DNA of 64,000 nt. Source: Eledone cirrhosa. Its lineage: Eukaryota. The position numbers were made by a program, and so were the translations under genes. Of the stretch, positions 36,601 to 49,807 are shown piece by piece (the stretch's first letter is position 1; each line of letters starts with the position of its first letter). The stretch covers positions 164,920,001 through 164,984,000 of the forward strand of contig OZ024743.1 of NCBI GenBank assembly GCA_964016885.1. Direction: 5' to 3'. Below the pieces are notes generated by a model. That model made no database searches. It saw nothing but the letters and a program-made list of their open reading frames with translations, and had not been told where the DNA came from.

Positions 36601-37167
36601 GCGATCAAAATTGATGGAAGTTACGAAGTAGGTAGACCCAGAAAAACCTGGGACGATTTGATAAATTCCGACCTTACACACTTGCACCTCTCTAAGACAA
36701 TGTCATAATGTCTCTAACACAATGTCACCCACCTTGCCTATGTACAAAGCGAAACCTACAGTCAATAGGCACCACTTAAACAAATATACACCCCAATCCA
36801 CTACCCCTACCCTATCCTCCCACTCCCACCAACACCACCCTTTCTCTGTAAAGTTGGTACCACAACATCCAGTCCAAATTAATGAGATCGAGAGCGAGAT
36901 CGTGTAGGTGTCACGATAAAAAAACACACAGTCCACGCTGTAATGTGGTCGTGTAGGTAACACGGTAAAAAGTTCCCAGTCTACACTGTAAATGTGGTTG
37001 GTGTTAGGAAGGGGATCCAGCCGTAGAAAACCTGCTAGATAGTCCTATACGAGCGAGACACGGTCACCCGACCAACCTTGCCTCAAATTAGGACAACTCC
37101 CGTCTTACCCATGCTAGCGTGGAAGATAGATGTTAAACGATGATGATGATGATGATGATTATGATGA
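33637..37167 (+). mobile_element. RTE-clade LINE, near full length, degraded
   Basis: MNVGTL..VQETRW..SAYAPQ..GDLNGHVG (APE); FVDLEKAFD, HQGSVL, YADD (RT); RRLRWYGHV; (GAT)n tail. Multiple stops and frameshifts. Confidence 0.92.
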
Positions 37168-37179
37168 TATATATATATA

Positions 37180-37265
<86 letters not shown>

Positions 37266-37309
37266 TATTAGTATATATATATAATATATATATCATATAT
37301 ATATAATAT

Positions 37310-40088
37310 TAGAGGGTGCCATAAAAAGCAAGGTCAATATACTAACGCTCCCTGTGTATTTTCCCATTATAAATGCCCCAATTGGTAAAATAAAATATAT
37401 TGTGTATAAAATAAATTATGTTGAGCCTTGCCTATATCATGGTGATTATAGTGGAAAGTGTGATTATGTTGCAAGAAATTATGAAAATGTGAAACCAAAT
37501 ATCACCATACAATAATTGTTTATTTTATTAATCCATTATATTTAGTAAACCAACTTTGAATATAAAGGCGTACAAGGAAGAAACAAGTTCAGTTAAGTTA
37601 ACTCCAGTCATATTTTTTTCAGAGTTTCTTTTTTGAAATCCGGGACCTTGCGACGATGAGCTTCGACTACTTGAAGAACACACTGCTTCTCCTCCTCATT
37701 CTTGGTGATGGCAATAAAATCAGTTATCAACTTGAGTGCTCTCTCCGCCAGATCGTCGACTACCTTGATATTGTGAACAACAGCACAGGCATTTTGATAT
37801 GACGTTTGTGATGACCAAGTTGCAGGTGACAGTTCAAGCCAAGTATCGTCGAAACCAAGGAGATCGAACAGAAGCCTTGATTTCTTCCCAACTAGATAAG
37901 GCAGCTTCGTGGACGACTTCAACTCGGGAAATACTAGAGCACCACGGTCGAGAGGCCCAGACGTTTTCGTTTTGACAAGATGTTGGGCTATTTGTTTCTT
38001 CTCGAACTCTTGGACCCGACTTGAAAACAGTGCTAGCGGAATGGCTTCCTCCGTCAGATACCAAAGATGCCTGCTCAGAGCAGTAGTGGCTGCCTGCGAG
38101 AGATCTGTCAACATTACTGTACTGTGTCAACTCCACGTAGAAGTGAAGGTCATTAGATGGTGCATCAGCACACTTGACTGCTATCTGCCAGTATCGTACG
38201 TAGAACAGAGCATTGCACATACAGATCCGGCGCAACTTTTCCATTTTAGCTTGATCGTAATTGAGTCACTCACCAAATGCATATATCTTTGCACTGTAGA
38301 TGATTGTGGACATCCACCGAGCGTTATGATGTGCACCAGGCAGCATCCAATGAATTCCACGAGGAGGGGTGACACCAAGCAAGATCAACATCAACTCGGC
38401 ACATTCTCGGTAGTCGTCTCGTGGAAGAGAACTCATTTTCCCATCGTCGGATGTCAGCAAATCCTGGAGGAACTTGATGTCCTCAGAACACAGACGCTTG
38501 AGTCTCCGGTCGACAATGTTCAATGTTTTAAAGTTGGTCTTGCCCGTGAGTGACACCCAATCTTTTTTGAACTCCTTGAACTCTGGGGTGTCTGGACTGG
38601 ACATTGCTCCGAATAGTTGTTTCCACACTGCACACAAGATACGCTCCATGACATGGTGACGACAAGCAAAATAAAACACCTTTTTGTTGAGCATCTCTTC
38701 TAGTTTCACGCAAGCACCATTTTTCCATCCAGAATTCGAAGCAGTTGTGTCGAAGACCAAGCCCACCACAGACCCATCAACATTCCAGTATTTAACAAGA
38801 TCAAATGATGCTTTGGCTTCGGTGGTTCCAGTGTCATCTGGAATTATGGGAACACCGAGGAAGTTACCTTCTCTGAGTTCCAACAACTATCACACCTAGC
38901 CTCTCGTGGTCACTAGGAATTATTTTGCCATCCCAATGCAAGGTAACAAAGTCTGGTACAGCAAATTGTTCCTTTATCTGCTCAGCCCCCACAGTTCTGA
39001 TCTTCTTATCTGCACGTCTGCTACTATTCTTGGAGAGTTTTGGCGTCTATGTCAGTCTCACCCTCAGAAATAATCGATGCCATAAATGCTGTTCTCTGGC
39101 CCAGTGTCAGGTTTAAACGATCAGCCATTAGAGAAATTTTTGGACTTTGAAATGGATTCTTTGGGAGTTCCAGTTGGATTTTTCGTTTCTTCTCTGACTT
39201 TGAGCTGTCTCTGGGTAGGTTTGAGGCCTGAAATTCAGGATCCTGTTCATCTTCAGTTTCATCATTGGTTGAACTTGAATCACTCAGTTCATTACGTGGA
39301 AGTTGTGCTGCTACAGATCCTGACAAACGCTTTCTATGGTTCTCTGACTCTCGACGAGCCACAGAAACCTGATCACGCTTAAACTTTGAAGATACCTTTT
39401 TCTGGTAACCCTTGTCTTTAGCACCCAGAGATACTTTTTTCTGGCAACGCAGGGCTTCGAGAAATGTAGTATCTTCCATTTTCTGTTCATTATTACGAAG
39501 ACGGTCTTTCAAAATGTTCTTTTCACCATCAGTATGTGCAATGTAAAAATACGAATCCAATTCAGAAATAAATAGTGCTTCCTTTTCTTTGTTTGACTTA
39601 GAACCTTTGTTTTTTTTGTAAATTTCTGTATTCACTGTACATGTTCATAATTTTCAGTTTAACTTTGTCTTTTCGTTGAGTCACCACACCAGCTTTTTCT
39701 CACTGACTAACTACTTCCATCACAAGCCTATCCGCAATAGCACCATTGAAGCTCACATGCTTTTCGTGTTTCATAGGACCATCTTTCAGGTAGAAGAAAC
39801 ATCTTAGAACATCCCCCTTTGTTGGTATTTTGTTTGGTGAAAAGGGTGTAACATATTGCCCCAGGAACCATATTTCTCGATCATCACAACGGAGCGAGTA
39901 GCTACAACTAGGCCCACTGGTTTCCGCCATTATTCTGCCAATTTGCAACTATTGGGCAAGGCTTAAATTAGTCTGAAATAATCGGAATTACATTATAAAT
40001 TGATAATATACAAAATGGCATGAGAAAATGCATAGGGAGCTAAGAAAAAAACACTTTTGTGTAAAATGTGGGATTCTGTAACACCCTA
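37310..40088 (-). mobile_element. hAT-superfamily (hATm-like) DNA transposon with frameshifted transposase
   Basis: Termini TAG(AG)GGTG / CACCCTA, subterminal inverted GCTCCCTRTGYATTTTCYCAT, 9-bp direct flank ATATAATAT. Protein motifs FDTTASNSG, ACRHH, PRDDYRE, HNARWM, RHLWYL, DDLAERALK in ORFs 39700, 39024, 38266 and 37608. Confidence 0.8.
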
Positions 40089-40379
40089 ATATAATATATA
40101 TGAGGTACCTTGTCTCTAACGTGAAGAAATACCTATGATTCCTAACAGACAACTGACGATGGATATTACCCTCTTTCGCCCGCCACTTTTATTTTCATTA
40201 TATAGTATATATATATATATATATATATGTAAAATTTCAAGTTATTAATAATGTAGTGATAATATATCGTCACATTAGAGATGAACAGCGTACGTGTAGA
40301 TTTTGTCAACGAGTATAAATTATATTCCAGAGAAAATGTAGAAAAGATGAATATAAAATGAAAGTGCTTTTATAAAGGA

Positions 40380-43290
40380 ATTTATTAGGTATTGACATAT
40401 GTTTCTGTAACAGACGGAATACCTATGTATCGCTGCTTGCGTAATCATATAATATTAGCACGTAATCGATAGCAAATGTATAATCAGTTGTCACTTCTTC
40501 AGAGATATTGGATAAATTGGAAAAAATCAGAAAAATTGAAGTATTTATATTAGTTGTAAGAAAGGAAGAAGAGAGGGGATAGTATATGACAGATGGCAAT
40601 TCAATTTGCTGGTACACAGGTGTATAGAAGGTTTTTAATGAGAATACAATGTGTATATGGCTTATTTTATCTAAATAAGAATTTTTGGGAGTGCCGATTT
40701 TAATTTATATTTGACCAGTTGAACAATGGACAGGGCTGGTGGCTTGGTGTGGTAGTATTAATACAGATATAAGTAAGGAAGAGAGATTTTCACTGCTACT
40801 GTATAACAACAATGCTGGTAGCCCGTTGGTATATGCTTTAGGGAATTGAATCGAGAAATCTTATTTTATCTATAGCATTTTGTATTAAATGATAAAGAAT
40901 AGAAGTGTTGATAGAATTAAAACTAATAGAGATAATGTTAATATGCATTTTGACAATCAAACGGTGATGGAGACAGGCGTTCAATCCTGGTAGCGTTTGT
41001 AATATGAAAATGTAGATTTCAAGCGATGGTTACAGTATAACGATAGCTCTATTCTGTTATTTAATAAAATATTTTTGGATTTCATAATACAAAACATTTC
41101 CATATTAAACAATCTACAAAATTTCTGTCCTTGGAAATATGTCGGGGCGTTGCTATTTTATCCCATTTTAGGTAAAATTGTTGGTTATTTTCGCGCAGCT
41201 GCCAAGCCTTGTCTGCGAGTGTTGATACATAACGCTGGTTTTCATATTTTATCGATTAGCGATGTCTATAAAGGCGAGATTTGAAGGAGGTAGCAGTAGA
41301 ACCCACATAGTACCACTTCTTGCTACCCGATTCGATAGTACATTTGTATATGATGTTGCGTTCAAGACACTGATTATTCAACGGACACATTCCTGGTTGG
41401 ACACAGTTACAGTTATAATTATACGCAGTTGTAATACCATGGTACCATGGATGGGTTGATGAGGTTGCTTAGGCAGGTCGGGATGTTGTTTGTTGTTTTG
41501 TGATGTTATAGCCGGTGTTTTACGTGTATTGTTATGTGTTGGAAGGCATTTATACAACCGTTTTGCGTTAAGCTTTTTTATATGTTGTTCAATATTAGGG
41601 GCGGTTGAGTATGAAAGTCGAATAGTGTTAGGGTTTAAGATTTTATTATATTTATATGATGCTGGAAAATGTTTTTTAACTAATCGAAAGAATTGTGAGG
41701 GTAGATTGGTTTTAATAGAGTTGTTATAGACCGGGTTGTACCATATATACTCTTTACATCGCCTTCTGTTTGGTGGTGTGCGACTATTATTGCGGTAGTG
41801 TATGTATGGTGGTGATTCTATGCTATTTCTACCTCTATGAGATTTATTTTGAGTGTTTTGGTGATCGTCGACTATATACTCTATATTATCTAGGTGTCCA
41901 GCCTTCCTAAGTACATCATCATAATATTCGGCATGTTCTTTGAAGGTTTGCTGGTTGGACGACAGGCGGGAAATATTTTTAGGGGTGGATTTAATTATAG
42001 AGGGTGGATGGTTAGAACCCGTATTTACATATTTAAGGCTCTCATTTAGTTTATGGAACGGTTTAATCGTTTCTGTATTGAGATTCAAAGTAACATCGAG
42101 GAAATTAACCTCTTTGAGGTTATATTCAAACGTAATACTTAATCCTAGTTCCTTAAAAAGCTTCCTAATATTTTTTCGCATCCTTTCTAAATTCTGGTTA
42201 TTCATATGCTTAACTAATAGGAGCGCATCATCACGGTAGAGTCCACCGTGGAGATCATTAAATGTTCCTTGTAGTCTGTGGGCGATATAAATTCCCACAA
42301 GATCAGTTACTTCCGCCGAATCTTTGGAACCCATAGTTATATCGAAATTAGAAGGTCTATCTCTGCAAACCCAGTAGCTATTATCAAATCTAACAATAGT
42401 TTTCCTCGCTTCTATAATAATACTAATTTCATCATCCGTAAGGTCGGAGTTAGCCTTAGCGAACGAAAGAGTTTCATGAAGAGTATCAGGTGAGATTGAG
42501 GAATAATACTCATCAATATCGAATTGAATAAATTTTGATTTCTTCTTATCAGTAATGCTATTAAACCATCTTATTGCCTCATGGATGTTACCCCATAGTT
42601 TAATATCTACTTTAACCTTAACCTGGGGGTTAATTCTGTCTAATATGTATTTGCTAATTTTGCCTGTATCAGATTTAGAGGGGCATATAAGTCTAATTTT
42701 AGGGTCAGTATCAAAGTTTACCTTATGGTCCTTCGGGTTGAAGGGCGGTGTAGCTGGTGTTAAAGGTTCCGTTCTGTCGTCAATACAAAGTTTTTTAACA
42801 ATTTCACATGCCGAGTTGTTGATGTTTCTAAGTGTAGCTTCATTTGTTTTCTTGTATTTTTTATGCAATTCCTTACGGATGAAGCTATTGTAAGTGTCCA
42901 CATCCATGGTATACACGTTTGATGTTTTGTCTGCTTTAACAATAATACCATTGGCGTTTTTTAGATTATTGAGCAGTTCCGTGATGTCATTCTGTAGTTT
43001 ATTGTTTTTCCGTTTTGTAAATTTGATCCCCATGATCGTATCCATAGGTCCTGTTCAAATGCATCCAAAAGTGGGTTTGAGGGTGGGTTTTTATAAGATT
43101 TAAATCCAAATTTATCCTTGTTAAGATCCGGTGTATGGTTTATACGGCTTTTGTCAAAATGGAATGTTTTCCATCTGATTCTTCGAATAAAATCATTGGT
43201 CCTTCGTATCATACCTAGAATATATTTCTTTTTTGCCTGAATAGGTATGTTTTTTTAACGACTTATCCAAGTGGTGCCTTTCCATTTTAG
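40380..43290 (-). mobile_element. Penelope-like element, Naiad-type, degraded
   Basis: N-terminus KSLK.IP..FIRRIRWK from ATG 43285. RT motifs FDIDEYYSSI, MGSKDSAEV, YRDD, NFLDV. A manual frame from about 41410 gives CNC..CPLNNQCL..IIYKC..YYVGST..FKSR (GIY-YIG). Confidence 0.88.
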
Positions 43291-43331
43291 AGACGTATGC
43301 TGAATTAGTTGCTCAACTGTATGTATGTATG

Positions 43332-43377
<46 letters not shown>

Positions 43378-43525
43378 TGTTATGCTTTGGGAGGGTCATG
43401 TTGCCAATAAGAAACACACGCACCAGTTGCTTTCACTCCAATTTATTATAAGTTAAATTTATAAATTTAAGAATTTATAAATTTCCGGTTGGTTGGTTCC
43501 ACAACCGGACGGTTATTCATATATT

Positions 43526-43568
43526 GTCAAAGTTCTTTCGTCACACATTCCGTGACCTCTTCAGTGAC
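43526..43568 (-). ncRNA. Minimal type I hammerhead ribozyme
   Basis: Minus strand GTCA-CTGAAGA-G-GTCAC ggaatgt GTGAC-GAAA-GAAC-TT-TGAC. Confidence 0.75.
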
Positions 43569-44229
43569 TGGGGATTCTTTTCTTTTTTTGTGCCTCTCCT
43601 TTGTTCTGTCCTACGCCATCTTGTTTTTGTGTGTGTTGTGTGCTTAGTTTGCGCATGTGTTACATCCGGGTGTCTGTGTGTTTATATTTGTTTATTTATT
43701 TGTTTATTTACATGTTACTGGTTGGTTGTTTGTTCTATGTGTGTGTGTGTTTTCATTTTGTCCTTAATTGTAAGTTGTGATGTTGCTATTCCATTCATGT
43801 TTTCTATTTAATTTTGGTTGGAGATCATTTATGTTTATTGTCTCTGTGATTTGTCTAAACATTGCGTCTTTTCTGTGTGTAGATTCTATTTTTATAGAAA
43901 TAAAAATAGAATCTACACACAGAAAAGACCAATGTTTAGACAAATCACAGAGGCAATAAACATAAATGAACTCCAACCAAAATTAAATAGAAAACATGAA
44001 TGGAATAGCAACATCACAACTTACAATTAAGGACAAAATGAAAACTCTCACACACACATAGAACAAACAATCAAACATTAACATGTAAATAAACAAATAA
44101 ATAAACAAATATAAACACACAGACACCCGGATGTAACACATGCGCAAACTAAGCACACAACACACACAAAAACAAGATGGCGTGGGATAGAACAAAGGAT
44201 AGGCACAAAAACAAAGAAAAGAATCCCCA

Positions 44230-44272
44230 GTCACTGAAGAGGTCACAGAATGTGTGGCGAAAGAACTTTGAC
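44230..44272 (+). ncRNA. Minimal type I hammerhead ribozyme
   Basis: Mirror copy of 43526. Confidence 0.72.
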
Positions 44273-44546
44273 AATATATGAACAACCGTCCGGTTGTGAA
44301 ACCAACCAACCAACCGGAAATTTATAAATTCTTAAATTTATAAATTTAACTTATAATAAATTGAAGTGAAAGCAACTAGTGCGTGTGTTTCTTATTGGCA
44401 ACATGACCCTCCCAAAGCATAACAATATTGGTTTCAACACACGTTTTCAGATAAAGAATCTTGCTAAACAAATTCAGAAACGAAATATATATATCAAGAA
44501 AGAAGATTGACATGGTTCGCTATACAATAAGGGCTTTATTCACATT

Positions 44547-44654
44547 GCTGACAATTGTTTCTTTGATCTGGCAGGTCTAGAGTTCGCTATTCGCCTGATT
44601 TTGCGCGAATCGATCTCCAATACTTTGTTTCTAACCAGTCTGTTTCATCGGAGC
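44547..44654 (-). ncRNA. Hammerhead-like motif with long stem II and U4C core change
   Basis: Minus strand GCT-CCGATGA-(about 80 nt)-GAAA-CAATTG-TC-AGC, then AATAAA. Confidence 0.5.
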
Positions 44655-45117
44655 GGGTGAAATGAAGAAAATACATAAGGCATGGTTTTTATATAAGTGT
44701 GGTATTAAACCAGAACAATAATATCAATAATAAAATAAAATAACTAGATAGCATACAATTAAAATAATAACATCAATGTAAGTAAGAGATAGAGCATAGT
44801 GGAGAATCTAGCATGTTGAACAGACTGATATGATACAGATGTATGGAATTGACATGTGAAAACTGCTATAGGGTACATTAGATATAGTGATAGGGTAGCG
44901 ACTAGATAACATTAAATACTAAGATGTACTTGGAGACAGAATTTATGAGGTATCCACTGTGCTGTAGGCATTCTAGCAATAAACCGGAGATTTACTTTTT
45001 ATTTTGTTATTATTTGACAGATAAACATTTTCGTTTGATTAATTTAGTGATGATGATAGTTTTTATGTGGTGCTAAATAGAGTTGTAGATTCGTTATTTA
45101 AGTGGCCTATACTAAAG

Positions 45118-45233
<116 letters not shown>

Positions 45234-45894
45234 TGTGGGGGGATATGTATTTGTGTGTGCGTATGTATGTGTATGTCCGTCAGGGCATACGTATGTACTG
45301 GCCTAAATCTTCACTATTTACTTTTACTATTTTAATAACCTCTGTCATTTTCGTTTTCAATTTTATTTACATCATTCTTAAACTCCGGGGCTGGAAATCA
45401 TTCTGTTATGTTAAATAGAAAATTAGTCTAACGACTCAATTTACACCATAAACTTGGTCTTGTCTTTGCATGAAATTGTTCTTCTTGCTCCACATAACGA
45501 CGTATTATCCTCGCTTTTTTTCCATTCATTGCCAGGGAACGTCTTTACGAACCAAAATATCGTCTTCCTGTTTTCGTTCGGTTGGAACGTTTCTCGAAAT
45601 ATTTACTTCTGCGTTCACAGATTACTCTCAGTTCAATTTGAATGGGAAATTCATGTTTCATCGATTTTCTCCGTAACCATGGAAGCTTGTACCTAAAAGT
45701 CGACCCAACACCTCCTCGAGTCATTCTGCATAACTGTGTAAATTTTCGCTGCATTCCACCAAGCCGTTTCGACGTTTATCCAACTACACTTACTTAAATA
45801 CTTAAATATACAACGTTCGACCACTTCCAATTTATATAGTAGATATATATATATAATATATTATATATATATATTATATATATTATATATATAT

Positions 45895-45986
<92 letters not shown>

Positions 45987-45987
<1 letters not shown>

Positions 45988-47569
45988 TAGTAGCTGAGCC
46001 CGGTTGCACCCGGGGCCACTTTTTATTAAGTTAATAATTTGAAAAATATTATTGAAAGTTTATTATAAAGAAGCAGTTTCAGGGAAAAAAATAGAAATAT
46101 ACATTTGGGGCTGGACGGCGTACAATGAGAAGTGGAGCGACGTGAAAAGCGTTGTTTATTAACAGCGAAATAGCAATGTCGATGATATGCAATTTGAAAA
46201 ATGCTACTTACTGTTAGTGGTGGTTAACATGTATTAGAATTAAAATAAAAACACGCGTCCCTTCTTCGCAATTTAAGGGTTTAGCGATACTTGGTTTTAG
46301 TGTCCTAAATTATCATCATCGACATTCAATTATTAGCTCCACCCACTACACTATACGTCACGACACGTCATCAACTGCTGCTGCTGCTTTGTTTTTACAT
46401 GTTAATTTTCTTACATGCTTCATTTTTACACGAAAAAACATTGAAATTTTAGAATAAATATTTATTAAAATGTTCACAGAGAAAATTAGATTTTTGATTT
46501 ATTTTTTGAACAAAATAAATATTTATTTACAAAAAACTATGCTTCATTTTTACATGAATATTTATTTACAGTTTTTAAGTTTTTAACCGAAACACTATGC
46601 TTCATTTTTACATGAATAATTATTTATAGTTTTTAACAGAAAAAAAATTGCTGCGAAATACATTTTTATTTAACACACGATACATCACGAAGGTAAATGT
46701 TTCGAAAAAATTTTAAACTGTATATCGCAACAATATATTGTTTAAAGAAATTTTTTTTCTGTTGTTTAAAACTGTAAATCTGTTTTTAAAAAATGTATTT
46801 AACCGAAACACTATGCTTCATTTTTACATGAATATTTATTTACAGTTTTTAACAGAAAAAAAATTGCTGCGAAATACATTTTTTTAAAACAGATTTACTG
46901 TTTTTAACAACAGAAAAAAAAATTCTTTAAACAATATATTGTTGCGATATACAGTTAAAAATTTTTTCGAAACATTTACCTTCGTGACGTATCGTGTAGT
47001 GGGTGGAGCTAATAATTGAATGTCGATGATGATAATTTAGGACACTAAAACCAAGTATCGCCAAGGGTTTTATTTCTTTTGATGGAAAACAGTGACCGTA
47101 CTGCAGAATCGATTTCATAAAACGGTACTGAATGATCGTTAAATGTAGAAGGATGATAGTTTATTAACAGCGAAATAGCAATGTCGATGATATGCAAGTT
47201 TAAAAATGCATATTATGAAGGTTTGTATGATAGTTTACACTTTTTCCTGAAACTGCTTCTTTATAAAAAACTTTCAATAATATTTTTAAAATTATTGGTA
47301 CTGTATGTTAACAGCGAAAGAACGTTGATGAAATTGTAAATAAGACAAAAGTATTAGAACAGGGGGAAATAACTCACCGAACGCGATAGTTTTGGGACCA
47401 CATTTTTCAAGTTAGAGATTTGAAACCTCGACTATTTGCTTCCTTGACACTTTTTACATAGGTGTGTAAATTTTCATGTCAGTCCGACCAGGTCTACTAC
47501 CATTTAACCGTGCACATTTGAATTTCAACCACCGCCCATTTCACAAATATATATATATATATATATAGA
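45987..47569 (-). mobile_element. Non-autonomous Helitron
   Basis: Minus strand A|TC at 47570/47569, and a 3' hairpin CCCGGGTGCAACCGGG shortly before CTAG|T at 45987. Internal inverted and direct repeats, no ORF. Confidence 0.7.
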
Positions 47570-47765
47570 TAAATCTACCAAGAGTTTGCGGTAGTGTCCA
47601 ATCCGTATGAAGAACTCAATGTAATCCGGATATCATGGAAAGAAGAGATGCATTCAAAAATCACTTTCGGTGAAAGATAAACGGAATACAGAGTCAAGAT
47701 AAAATATTAAAAAAATAATGAATAAAACAATGAAACAGTTCCTTATATTAAACAAAAAAAGTTCA

Positions 47766-47910
47766 TTATTTAACGATCGTTTCTAGGACATATATATGTT
47801 AGAATTGGCATGCATATTCAACAGATCTATGTACAAAATTATACAAAATTATACAAACTATCAAATATAATATACATACCAACACATACATATGCCGTCT
47901 TCAGAAATAA
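47766..47910 (-). ncRNA. Type I hammerhead ribozyme, long stem II
   Basis: Mirror of 47913. Confidence 0.68.
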
Positions 47911-47912
47911 TA

Positions 47913-48057
47913 TTATTTCTGAAGACGGCATATGTATGTGTTGGTATGTATATTATATTTGATAGTTTGTATAATTTTGTATAATTTTGTACATAGATCT
48001 GTTGAATATGCATGCCAATTCTAACACATATATGTCCTAGAAACGATCGTTAAATAA
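47913..48057 (+). ncRNA. Type I hammerhead ribozyme, long stem II
   Basis: TTATTT-CTGAAGA-C-GGCATATGTATGTGTT..AACACATATATGTC-CTA-GAAA-CGATCG-TT-AAATAA. Confidence 0.7.
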
Positions 48058-48115
48058 TGAACTTTTTTTGTTTAATATAAGGAACTGTTTCATTGTTTTA
48101 TTCATTATTTTTTTA

Positions 48116-48149
<34 letters not shown>

Positions 48150-48423
48150 ATTTGAAAAATACTACTTACTGTTAGTGGTGGTTAACATGTATTAGAATTA
48201 AAATAAAAACACGCGTCCCTTCTTCGCAATTTAAGGGTTTGGCGATACTTGGTTTTAGTGTCCTAAATTATCATCATCGACATTCAATTATTAGCTACAC
48301 CCACTACACTATACGTCACGACACGTCATCAACTGCTGCTGCTGCTTTGTTTTTACATGTTAATTTGAAAATTATATATATATGAAAATTATATATATAT
48401 GAAATTCATGTAAAGCTATGCAA

Positions 48424-49385
48424 AAAAAGTAAGGGAGAAAGTGGGTCACCTTGGAAAATGCCAAAGTTGATATTTATATTCTTAGAACTTAGTACTCCAT
48501 TGGAATGAAATAATTGGAGATATGTGTTTCAGGAATTTTTTAATCACAGGTGAGATTTTGAAGATGTCCATTGATTTCAGAATCCATGAGTGCGGTATGC
48601 TGTCAAAAACTTTTTGTAGTTGATCCATGCAGAACTGAGATTTCTGTGTTTATTATGACAGTTCTCAAAGATCATACGATTAATCAAGAGTTGATCTTTA
48701 CAACCATATGAACCTCATCAGCACCCTTGTTCAATGGGGAAAAGATTGTTCTCCTCCATAAACACGTATGCTTTCTCCATGAGAATAGAGGTTAATAGCT
48801 TATAAGTGGTGGACAAGCAGGTTATGGGCCGATAGTTTTTTAACCTTAGTTTCATTGTGCTTTGGGAGAAGGTAAATAATGCCGCTTGCTATCCAGTCAG
48901 GGGTATTTTGGGGATTTTTCATAATTCCGTTGAACAGCTTGACCAATATATTGTGAGTGTACGGGAGTGAGGAAAGCGAAAAATTTGGCACCCTATCTCT
49001 ACCAGGAGATTTCCACTTATGAGCTTTATTGAGTGCTGTCCTTAAGTCTGCTATAGAGATGTCTTCCCATGCCTGTTCTTGTAAATTTATGTAGGATTTT
49101 TCCAAGCGACTAATCCAATCTACATTAGCATTATGTGACTTCTCATCATTCTAAATCTTTCTCCAAAAGTTTTCAACTTCTTCTATGGACGGAGGGTCTT
49201 CAATAGTTATTTTCTCCTTTCCTATTTCTTTATAAAATGACTTGGCATTGGATGAGAACAACTTATTTTGCCTCTCAAATCTACGAATTCGTTGGGCTTT
49301 TACTTTGACTTTTTGTTTCAGAGTTTCCTTTGTTGATATTAGTACTTCTCTAGAAGAAAGTCCATATTCTTTCTTCAGCTTCATT
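48424..49385 (-). mobile_element. R4/Dong-like non-LTR retrotransposon fragment (pre-RT and RT start)
   Basis: LKQKVKVKAQRIRRFE.QNKLF..FW; WKSPGRDRVPNF..PDWIASG..LLPK. Confidence 0.75.
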
Positions 49386-49714
49386 CAATAATAATTATTA
49401 TTATTATGCTGGGATTTGTTGTTGTTGTTGTTGTGGTGGTGGTGGTGGTGGTGAAATTGCCGTTCTTTGGCTGTTGTATTTAGTGTACGCAGAGAGGTTT
49501 TCTTCCATTTGTAAAATTGTCTTTTTTTTAATATAAAATTTCTAATACCAAATCAAATATTTGAGCCATATGCCAAGGTAATATGGGATCTCACTTCCTG
49601 AAAGCAAAGGCTGATGCTTTATGTCCCATTTACAATAAAAATTATATCACAATTGTTTTAAATATGTAAAGAAAACTTATGGGGGCGGATTCATAACACT
49701 ACATCCACCACGTG

Positions 49715-49805
<91 letters not shown>

Positions 49806-49807
49806 AT

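Larger units (their letters stand above)
43375..44427. repeat. About 1.05-kb palindrome (two ~520-bp arms, 4-nt loop at 43896-43899)
   Basis: Arms are reverse complements with scattered mismatches. Confidence 0.92.
47699..48124. repeat. 426-bp spacerless near-perfect palindrome
   Basis: Centre AAT|ATT at 47911/47912; one mismatch seen. Confidence 0.92.

Noticed and set aside
40388-40425. Hammerhead at the Naiad 3' end (minus strand GGTATT..GAAA CATATG TC AATACC)
   Set aside because: The CUGANGA core is missing, so it is only a relic.
41060-41420. Selenocysteine-coding Naiad
   Set aside because: The cysteines I could read in the CxC/GIY-YIG region are TGT, the in-frame stop seen is TAA, and I recognised no SECIS.
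46520-46890. CRISPR-like repeat-spacer array
   Set aside because: The repeats are irregular AT-rich internal Helitron duplications in eukaryotic DNA, with no cas genes.
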